The position numbers and the translations under genes were made by a program. The notes under the pieces are model-generated. The model saw only the letters and a program-made list of their open reading frames with translations. It did not search any database and was not told where the DNA came from. Of a stretch of DNA of 24,353 nt, positions 16,858 to 24,353 are shown piece by piece; the stretch's first letter is position 1; each line of letters starts with the position of its first letter. The DNA lies in the IMG/VR virus record IMGVR_UViG_3300020045_002798, positions 1 to 24,353 of that record; one strand, 5' to 3'. The DNA comes from a virus. Taxonomy: Duplodnaviria > Caudoviricetes.

Positions 16858-17273
16858 TTAAAATTATCCCTTTTAAAGTCGAGCATTTAGAATGTATGGA
16901 AATGCGCGAACATGAATTAGGTTTGATTGGCGGTGAGGATATGAAAGCGTTCGAGGGGTTGTCGTTTACGGGCATAATTGATGGTAGGATTATATCCTGT
17001 GGCGGGGTTGTGGTAGAAAAATGGGGAAACGCTTATGTGTGGCAAGTTCCTAGTATATATGTGAAAGATGTTAAATTGAGTTACTGTAAGTATATTCGCA
17101 AATGGCTTGATGATGTGGCGAGTGAGTACGTGCTTAATCGTTTCGAAACAACTTGCATAAATGACGACCTTCACAATCGCTGGATGAAATTCTTAGGATT
17201 TGAGATTGAGGGAATTAAGAAGAAGTATATTAATGGTATTGATTATGTTATGTTTGGTAGGGTTATGGAGTAG
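16854..17273 (+). CDS. GNAT-like protein (T7 gp13/internal virion protein A position)
   Basis: IISCGG...RWMKFLGFEIEGIKKKY...DYVMFGR resembles a GNAT C-terminal motif; located between nozzle and ejection genes. Confidence 0.75.
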   Translation: MIKIIPFKVEHLECMEMREHELGLIGGEDMKAFEGLSFTGIIDGRIISCGGVVVEKWGNAYVWQVPSIYVKDVKLSYCKYIRKWLDDVASEYVLNRFETTCINDDLHNRWMKFLGFEIEGIKKKYINGIDYVMFGRVME

Positions 17274-17276
17274 AAA

Positions 17277-17756
17277 ATGGGAATAGAAACCGCTCTTGTT
17301 GCAATGGGTATGTCAGCGTCGACTGCCGCGACTGTTGGGACTATTGCAACAGCCGTTTCTGCTGGCTCTAGCTTATTATCAGGCGTTCAGCAATTATCGG
17401 CTGGTAAATCTCAAGCTGAAGGAGCCTACGCGCAAGCTGGTGCGAATATCGCAGAACAAACTAGACAATCAACACAACAGGCTTATCAAGAAAAACAAGC
17501 CGCTGAAGGCGCAAGACGACAGCAAAAGCTTGCTTATCTAAAAAGTGGCGTGTCATTGTCAGGCTCTCCGCTTATGGTTTTAGAGGAAACGCGTCAAAAG
17601 GGCTTAGCAAACGCAAACGCAGTTAAGGCCGCGAATACAGCTTATACAACCGCGTCAGGCGTACAAGCAAAATATCAAGCCAAGGATGCTATAAGCCAAG
17701 GTCGAATGGGATTTATCAAAGGTGTAACAGGAGCATTGTCAAACTATGCAAATTAA
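17277..17756 (+). CDS. Small internal virion/ejection protein
   Basis: Hydrophobic Ala/Gly N-terminus, Gln/Ala coiled coil, KSGVSLSGSPL motif. Confidence 0.75.
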   Translation: MGIETALVAMGMSASTAATVGTIATAVSAGSSLLSGVQQLSAGKSQAEGAYAQAGANIAEQTRQSTQQAYQEKQAAEGARRQQKLAYLKSGVSLSGSPLMVLEETRQKGLANANAVKAANTAYTTASGVQAKYQAKDAISQGRMGFIKGVTGALSNYAN

Positions 17757-19389
17757 CAGATATACACGTCAGGTCATGACACAACAGGCAGTACCACAAA
17801 CTTATAACCCTAATGAAGTTCAACAGGCGGGGCAAATGGCGGCAGTTGTATCAGATGTTTCTGGTGGAATTGCCGAGGGCATACAAGCTCAACAACAAAA
17901 AGCGCAAACGAGATATGAAACAATTCAACGGGCGCGTTCCGTTTCAGCTTATCAGTCAGAAGCAGACCAACTTTTTACTAAATTTTCTCAAGAGAATGAT
18001 TTAACAGACCCTAACTCTGCTAAAAACTTTAATCAGGAATTGAGAAAACGCATGGGTGAGTATTTGTCACAACATGACGGCGGCGTGGATTCAAAAATAA
18101 GCCTAGAGCTTCAATTAACTGGTTTACAAGATAGCTATACTGCTAAAATGTCGCAAACGGCTGTTGAAACGCAGAAAAAATTCATCACCAATCAAATAGG
18201 GACGCATATAGACCGCATCACAAATGAAGTTTATAACAACCCATCAAGTATTGATGACGCATTTAAGCAAATAAACGGGCTTATGTATGAATATGGTTCG
18301 GCGGTTGATACGCAAGATGAACTTGAAATGCTTTCTAATGCTCAATCTATGGTTATTGAGGGCGCGGTTAATTCATTCCTTGATGCTGGTAACTATGAAG
18401 ACGCTAAAAAAATGGTAGAAGATAACGCAAGGTTTTTTGAGGTTATGCCAGCAAAACAGCAAATGTCTATTTTGGGGCGTATTAACAACGGAATAGCTTC
18501 ACAAGAGCGCGAAACAAGACAACTTAAAAACAAAATTAACGCTATTCAAAGCGCGGCAAAAGAAGCTGGGGTCGATATGTCTGCAAATCAAGTATTTGGC
18601 GCAGCAACAGGTATTACTCCAAATCAAACACCACAACAAAAAATCGATAGCTTCAAACAAGTTGCGGGTCTTGATGATAGCCGCATAACCCCTGCTATTG
18701 TTGCTAAAATTGGGTTTGGTGTTGACCTTCCATCGAGTGGTGAGGTTGATATGAATAAAGAGCGCCTTCCAGATGGTGGTTATACGCCAAAAGGAATTGG
18801 CGCACAGATTAAGCCAGCCTATGATAATGCCGCCGCAACTAAGGTTATGGTTGATAAGGTTCTTTTGCAATCTGATGAATTTATCAATAGTGATAATAAG
18901 CAAGCTGGATTAGCCGCCATTATTTCATATAATAAATTGCTTGATGATGGGGCTGTTGTTCGTGAGGGTGACATTAAATTATCAGCAGAAGGTAATAGCG
19001 CGTTCGATAATATGAAATTGATGATGGAAAAAATTAACGAGGGCGGTATTGCGACACCTAAACAAATTGAGGAAATGAAAGCGTCTGCCAAGATATTTGG
19101 GGAATCTGTTTTAGAAGCATCTAAAACATATATTGACCCATATCTTGACGAATCTCAACAGCGGGGATATCGTATGATTGATATAGGCATCCCTAGAGAT
19201 TCTTATGATAGGGTTTTCTCAAATGTGAAGACAAGTGAAGATAAGAGCCAGAGAAACAAAGATGTAGAGGCGAAAGCAAAAGAGGCTGGGCTTTCCGTTA
19301 ATGAATACCTAACTGCTGGCGCAAAAAAATACAACATGACTGTCGAGCAAGTCGCTGAAAAACTAGGCTACACAGGGGGCTTAAAATAA
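17746..19389 (+). CDS. Internal virion/ejection protein
   Basis: 547 aa, helical and Gln-rich; IISYNKLLDDGAVVREGD motif; syntenic position. Confidence 0.7.
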   Translation: MQINRYTRQVMTQQAVPQTYNPNEVQQAGQMAAVVSDVSGGIAEGIQAQQQKAQTRYETIQRARSVSAYQSEADQLFTKFSQENDLTDPNSAKNFNQELRKRMGEYLSQHDGGVDSKISLELQLTGLQDSYTAKMSQTAVETQKKFITNQIGTHIDRITNEVYNNPSSIDDAFKQINGLMYEYGSAVDTQDELEMLSNAQSMVIEGAVNSFLDAGNYEDAKKMVEDNARFFEVMPAKQQMSILGRINNGIASQERETRQLKNKINAIQSAAKEAGVDMSANQVFGAATGITPNQTPQQKIDSFKQVAGLDDSRITPAIVAKIGFGVDLPSSGEVDMNKERLPDGGYTPKGIGAQIKPAYDNAAATKVMVDKVLLQSDEFINSDNKQAGLAAIISYNKLLDDGAVVREGDIKLSAEGNSAFDNMKLMMEKINEGGIATPKQIEEMKASAKIFGESVLEASKTYIDPYLDESQQRGYRMIDIGIPRDSYDRVFSNVKTSEDKSQRNKDVEAKAKEAGLSVNEYLTAGAKKYNMTVEQVAEKLGYTGGLK

Positions 19390-21935
19390 TGGATGCGGCT
19401 TATTTCGATAAGTTAAAACAAGTGGAGAGCGGGAACAATCCATTGGCTAGAAACGCAAAGTCTAGCGCAAAGGGCTATTATCAATTTATTGATAGTACCG
19501 CCTCCCAGTATGGGCTGGATAAATACCAGTTCGGAACTCCAGAATACACCAAAGCAGAAGAAGAGGCCGCAAGAAAGCTAACAAGCGATAACAACGATTT
19601 TTTAAAAAACAAATTAGGCAGAGAGCCGACCAAAGGTGAGCTTTATTTGGCGCACCAACAAGGAGCTGGAGCTGCCGAAAAGATAATCACTGCCCCAGAA
19701 AACGAGAAGGCTGTTAATGTTTTAGGACAAGAAGAAGTTCTGAATAACGGCGGGACTCAAGATATGACTATTGCTGAATTTAAGCAAAAATGGGTGAGTA
19801 AATTTGATAAAATGGACGCTGAACAAAAAGGTTTAATTCATGGCACTGAAACGGCTGAGATAAAAATTGATGTTGACCCATTGGCTGCGTTTGGCGTAAG
19901 CATAGGGTCGTCACCTGACCCTTTTTCTGATTTTAATGTAAGGCAAGAGGACGTTTTTCAATTATCAAAGGACGGGGTCGGCGGTCTTAAAAAAAGCATG
20001 ATTGACCAATCAACTGGCGCACCGTCTTTTGTTCGCCAAGCTGTTGGAAGTATGGCAGACCCAGAAAGCCGACTTGCTACTTTAAGAAAGTATTATCCTG
20101 ATGCCCAATCATACGATAATGAAAATTTTGTATATACAGACCCAGAAACAAAACGCCCTACTTTATATAATCCTGTTGGTTTTGATAGGGGTGATGTCGC
20201 TTCCGTTACAAAAGAAATTTTTACAACTGCAGGGAGTAGCGTGGGGGCGGTTGTTGGTGGCGCAATTGGCGGCGGCGGCGGATTACTGTTATCCGTCCCA
20301 ACGGGCGGCGCAATTGCCCCTGCGACAGTTCCTTCTGGTGTGATAAAAGGCTCAGTTATTGGCGCTGGAGTAGGTGCTGGCGTTGCGTCAAATCTTTGGG
20401 ACGCATGGATGAATTTGTCTGGTCAAACAGTAGACGTTAGAGGTTTGCCACAAATAGCCGCAGAAACCGCAGTAGAAGTTGCTGGCGGTGCTGGCGGTGA
20501 GTACGCTGGTAGGGTTATTCCAGTAATGGCAAAAGAAGCTATTGGTGGAGCGAAAACAACATCTAGGGCGATTATGAGACAATTTGAGCGCGTTGGAATA
20601 ACGCCAACAATAGGGGTTGTCCAAAAAGGCACAGGAGCAAAACTTGAGTCAGCTTTATCTCAAAATATCATGTCTTCTGAATTAATGCAAAATCAAGTTG
20701 ATAACGTAATTTTAGAAAGTAACACAGCATTAAATAAGATTATATCTCAATACGGAGCACCAAAAACAACTCAAGGCGCTGGTGGAACTATTGTTAAAGC
20801 TGCAGAAAAGGCAGTGGTTAAATATGAAGATAAAATATCAAAATTATATGATACTGCATTTGATTTAATTGGAGCTGATACAATTGTAAAAACTGATTCC
20901 ACATCTTCTCTATTAAAAGAAATGTCTACGGAATTATCAGCCGCACCCGCAAGTAGGTCTAAAGCGTATGCTCCAGCAGTTAATATGCTTAAATCTATTG
21001 TGGCTGATGCACAAACTGGTATTGACTTTAAAACACTAAGGGCTATCCGCACAGATATAGGACGCGATTTAGCAGACCCATTAAGTAGTGGGGCTACATC
21101 ATCACAAAATGCAGCGATGAAACGAGTCTATGCAGCATTAACCGATGATATGACTAACGTAGCAACAGAAGCCGGAGATAGCGCATCAAAAGCAATGTCT
21201 AGGGCTGATAATTTCAAACGCGCATTTGAAACAACGTCGCGAGATACATTAAATAAAATACTCAAATATGACGCTGAAGAAAAAGCGTATAAATTTGCTA
21301 TTTCCGCCTCAAAAGACGGAGGGACATCATTATCTAAGTTGAGAAAACTATTTACAAAAGAGGAATGGGACGATGTTTCTGCGACTGTTTTAAGCCAACT
21401 AGGGGACGCCCCCGCTAATGGTGGGTTTTCAATTGATAGATTTGTCACAAACTATAATAAACTTGCACCAGAGGCAAAAGACGCGCTTTTCCGTGGCGGT
21501 AAATATAAACAGGCTAGCCAAGCGTTAGATGAATATGTTGATTTAATGGGTATGCTTAAAGATGCCAAAAGATTTAACAACACATCAAACACAGCGGGAG
21601 CAATTCAAACAAATATGATTTTGTGGCAACTGGGCGGACTTGCTGCAACTGGCGCGGGTGGCGCATTAACTGGTGAGCAGATGGGAGTTGGTTCTGTAAT
21701 GGGGGCTGCTGGCGCTATTCTCGCTCCTCGGGTTGCTGCCAAGCTTATAACCAATCCTGAGTTTGTTAGATGGCTAGCAGAGCCAGTTACACAAGGGGCT
21801 ATTGATGTTACTACTCATTTAACAAAGCTTGTTGCTATTGGGATGGCAAATCCAGAGATTAAAGAGGATATTGACCAATTAATTTCCGTTATGGAGCGCA
21901 ATACAACAGCAGAAACAACTACACAAAAACAATAA
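19389..21935 (+). CDS. Large ejection protein with N-terminal lytic transglycosylase-like domain
   Basis: VESGNNPLARN...SSAKGYYQFIDST...LYLAHQQG (lysozyme-like fold), Gly-rich hydrophobic segments, NTSNTA motif near the C-terminus. Confidence 0.82.
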   Translation: MDAAYFDKLKQVESGNNPLARNAKSSAKGYYQFIDSTASQYGLDKYQFGTPEYTKAEEEAARKLTSDNNDFLKNKLGREPTKGELYLAHQQGAGAAEKIITAPENEKAVNVLGQEEVLNNGGTQDMTIAEFKQKWVSKFDKMDAEQKGLIHGTETAEIKIDVDPLAAFGVSIGSSPDPFSDFNVRQEDVFQLSKDGVGGLKKSMIDQSTGAPSFVRQAVGSMADPESRLATLRKYYPDAQSYDNENFVYTDPETKRPTLYNPVGFDRGDVASVTKEIFTTAGSSVGAVVGGAIGGGGGLLLSVPTGGAIAPATVPSGVIKGSVIGAGVGAGVASNLWDAWMNLSGQTVDVRGLPQIAAETAVEVAGGAGGEYAGRVIPVMAKEAIGGAKTTSRAIMRQFERVGITPTIGVVQKGTGAKLESALSQNIMSSELMQNQVDNVILESNTALNKIISQYGAPKTTQGAGGTIVKAAEKAVVKYEDKISKLYDTAFDLIGADTIVKTDSTSSLLKEMSTELSAAPASRSKAYAPAVNMLKSIVADAQTGIDFKTLRAIRTDIGRDLADPLSSGATSSQNAAMKRVYAALTDDMTNVATEAGDSASKAMSRADNFKRAFETTSRDTLNKILKYDAEEKAYKFAISASKDGGTSLSKLRKLFTKEEWDDVSATVLSQLGDAPANGGFSIDRFVTNYNKLAPEAKDALFRGGKYKQASQALDEYVDLMGMLKDAKRFNNTSNTAGAIQTNMILWQLGGLAATGAGGALTGEQMGVGSVMGAAGAILAPRVAAKLITNPEFVRWLAEPVTQGAIDVTTHLTKLVAIGMANPEIKEDIDQLISVMERNTTAETTTQKQ

Positions 21936-21971
21936 TTTTTGATACACTAACCAAAATAAGGAGAACTAAAA

Positions 21972-22274
21972 ATGTCTATGGACTTTACCTTTAAACCAGA
22001 GAACGGGCAAACTATTGGCGCGTCAACAACTCTTGCTAGAAACTCAATTGCATTTACGCGTGACGAAGTTTGTATTTACTCTGAAACGTCAGATTTTTAC
22101 TTAAAATTCGGCGCATCTGACGGAACTGTGACGACAACATCTGGAGGTTATGATAAAAGATGTTTGGCTGGTAAAGAATACGAACTAAATACTGGCGGAC
22201 ATCAATATGTTGCGGTTATTCTGGCTAGCGGAACAGATACTATTCATGTAAACCAATGGACTAAAAAGCGTTAA
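21972..22274 (+). CDS. Hypothetical (probable virion) protein
   Basis: AAGGAG RBS; 100 aa, beta-rich; precedes the tail fibre. Confidence 0.75.
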   Translation: MSMDFTFKPENGQTIGASTTLARNSIAFTRDEVCIYSETSDFYLKFGASDGTVTTTSGGYDKRCLAGKEYELNTGGHQYVAVILASGTDTIHVNQWTKKR

Positions 22275-22317
22275 TAAATGCCCTTGGCAGGGGGGCTTGC
22301 ATAAAAAGGGCAAGCAA

Positions 22318-23478
22318 ATGACAGTTTCTACAGATATTAAAAGTGTGCGTTATGAAGGAAACGGCATAACAGACACGTTTGCTTTTAATGGTCGGATATT
22401 TACAACAAGTGATTTGGCGGTTGATATTTTAACCCGCGCAACAGATGAAGTAGTAGAAACTCTATCATCTTCTGATTATACAGTTTCTATTATAACAGAT
22501 GAAAGCGCAGAGGTTTTAGTAACTGCTAGTAAAATACCAAGTGGAACACAAGATATACTAATCTATCGCTTAATAAGCAGGGAGCAGGGTCTCCGCCTTC
22601 CAACTGGTACTGTGTTCCCATCAAAAGATGTTGAGGACGCACTTGATAAAGCGACCATTCTTATTCAAGATGTCGCATCTGATGTTGATAGGGTTCTTAA
22701 ATATCCATTAAATATATCTGGTATCTCATCTTCTGAATTGCCAGCCCCTGTTGATGGAAGCGCGTTATTATTTGATGGAACAACTGGGAAAATAGTCGCT
22801 TCCGCCGATTATATTACTGATGCTATCGCAGACGCTACGGCTGGAGTAACTGGCACAGCTTTAGTAACCGCAACAAGCACAACATCATTGGCGACAACGG
22901 GAACGGGAAATAAAACTTGGGTTATCCAATCTGGGCGTGGGTTTGCTATGGGGCAACGCCTCCGCGTATCATCTGATGATGGTACGCAGATTAACGAGGG
23001 TAGAGTAACATCTTACTCGGGGACATCGCTTATAATTAATGTGGATTATGTTTCTGGCTCTGGAACTCACGCAAATTGGAATATATCTGTGGCTGGTGAT
23101 AGGGGAGCGTCTGGTGCTGGGACAGGAGATATGCTTGGTGCAAATAACCTCAGTGATGTGGCGAGTGCTGCGGCTGCATTCAATACGATTAAACAGTCTG
23201 CAACAGATACAAATAGCGGGGTTGTAGAATTAGCAACTGACGCAGAAGCAATAACTGGTACTGATACAGGCCGCGCTATAACCCCCGCTAGTTTACAGGC
23301 AAAACTTGACGATTATAGTGTTATTATAAGCAGCGCATACACCGCACTTTCTGGGACTGGAACAACGATAAGCGGAATCCCCGCTGGTGTAAAAAGGGTG
23401 GTTTTATCTATTGTTGGCGCGTCTTTTTCTTCAACTGATAACTTGCTAATTCAATTAGGGGACGCTGGCGGGATTGAA
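22318..23478 (+). CDS. Tail fibre protein, 3'-truncated by a junction (likely start ATG 22318)
   Basis: MTVST...YEGNGITDTFAF...VEDALDKATILIQ (T7 gp17-like N-terminal anchor); ANNLSDV and GVVELATDAE...GTDTGRAITP fibre motifs; GIPAGVKRV...IQLGDAGGIE distal domain cut short. Confidence 0.85.
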
Positions 23479-23613
23479 TACCTAGTCAAGCAAGCCGACG
23501 AAAACCCGACCGCCTTCATGACGCTGGTTGGCAAGGTTCTGCCGCTGGACGTGAACAACAACCACAACGGGCAGATTGTCGCGCAAGTGGTGTTCAAGGG
23601 CCTCAATGCTTGA
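23461..23613 (+). CDS. terS: C-terminal part of a terminase small subunit from a second phage, fused in frame to the tail fibre
   Basis: AGGIEYLVKQADENPTAFMTLVGKVLPL is a recognisable TerS-type motif. GC-rich codons, and it overlaps the following TerL start. Confidence 0.8.
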   Translation, partial: DAGGIEYLVKQADENPTAFMTLVGKVLPLDVNNNHNGQIVAQVVFKGLNA

Positions 23614-24353
23614 TCTGGTTTCGCCCTATGAGGTTCGCGAGCAATTCCGCCCGCTGCACACTCGCAAGACGCGCTGGTTTATAGGGGTTGCCCATAGGCG
23701 GGCCGGTAAGACGGTTGCTGACATCAACGAACTGGTGATCGGCGCAACCAAGTGCCAATTGCCCAATCCGCGCTTCGCATACGTTGCCCCGCAGCTTAAT
23801 CAGGCCAAGGACATCGCTTGGACCTACCTCAAGGAATACACCGCGTTTCTCTCGCCCAAGATCAACGAAAGCGAGCTTTGGGTTGAACTGCCCGGCGGCG
23901 CGCGAATACGGATTTACGGCGCAGACAACCCCGACCGCCTGCGCGGCATCTATCTGGACGGGGTTGTGCTGGATGAGTTCGGGGATATGGACCCGACCAT
24001 CTGGTCGCAGGTTATCCGCCCTGCACTGTCTGACCGCAAGGGCTGGGCCTGCTTCATTGGAACGCCAAAGGGCAAGAACACCTTTCACAAGCTATGGGTT
24101 GAGGCGGAAGGTGATTTAGACTGGACGCGCATGATGCTGCGGGCCAGCGAAACGCGGCTGCTGGATGACAAGGAACTAGCCGACGCCAAGAAGATGATGA
24201 GCGGCGATGAGTTCGCTCAGGAATACGAGTGCAGCTTCGATGCTGCTGTGCGCGGTGCTTACTACGCCAAAGAGATTAACGAGGCTGAGACTGGCGATCC
24301 TGCCCGGATTACGACAGTTCCACATGACCCAAGGCTGTTGACCCATACGGCGT
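23606..24353 (+). CDS. terL: Terminase large subunit of a second, GC-rich phage (partial; not in ORF track)
   Basis: MLDLVSPYEVREQF...VAHRRAGKT (Walker A), YVAP...QAKDIAW, GADNPDRLRGIYLDGVVLDEF (Walker B), FIGTPKG, FAQEYECSF; open to the window edge. Confidence 0.95.
   Translation, partial: MLDLVSPYEVREQFRPLHTRKTRWFIGVAHRRAGKTVADINELVIGATKCQLPNPRFAYVAPQLNQAKDIAWTYLKEYTAFLSPKINESELWVELPGGARIRIYGADNPDRLRGIYLDGVVLDEFGDMDPTIWSQVIRPALSDRKGWACFIGTPKGKNTFHKLWVEAEGDLDWTRMMLRASETRLLDDKELADAKKMMSGDEFAQEYECSFDAAVRGAYYAKEINEAETGDPARITTVPHDPRLLTHTA

Noticed and set aside
2323-21448. Numerous antisense and off-frame ORFs of 60-134 aa nested in the major genes
   Set aside because: No recognisable motifs; expected shadows of well-supported genes.
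22297-23613. 438 aa ORF as a genuine tail fibre with a novel C-terminal domain
   Set aside because: The last ~48 aa are a TerS motif in DNA of different composition; better explained as a chimeric junction.
23603-24119. ORF-track entries 23603..24088 (-) and 23784..24119 (+)
   Set aside because: Shadow frames of the TerL gene starting at 23606 in GC-rich DNA.
1-24353. Alternative genetic code, DGR/reverse transcriptase, introns or inteins, tRNAs
   Set aside because: Genes are full length under the standard code. No RT motifs, TR/VR pair, oversized TerL/helicase or cloverleaf was seen.

Overview
Dense bacteriophage DNA with no host genes, integrase, tRNA or CRISPR. About 120-23470 is a large part of one AT-rich podovirus-type tailed phage (roughly 40% GC by eye). 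A leftward early/recombination arm encodes an RHH regulator, ERF recombinase, gp157-like protein, an alphaproteobacterial-style SSB, DUF968-, NinB- and DUF1064-like proteins and small ORFs. It diverges at ~3800 from a rightward arm: a lambda-O-like initiator with internal iterons, a Twinkle/T7-gp4-like primase-helicase whose zinc-binding domain is a separate overlapping ORF, TerS, TerL, a BPP-1-like head module, tail adaptor and nozzle, a GNAT-like protein, three ejection proteins and a tail fibre. At ~23461-23478 the tail fibre switches in frame into the TerS C-terminus and TerL of a second, GC-rich phage, most likely a chimeric junction. A similar strand collision is suspected at ~120. Most notable: (1) by manual scan GATC occurs only once in the first 23.5 kb, inside the putative origin iterons; (2) a structured RNA leader with two inverted copies of a GUA-bulge motif precedes the major capsid gene; (3) the primase is split. 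All family assignments come from recalled motifs and synteny, not database searches.
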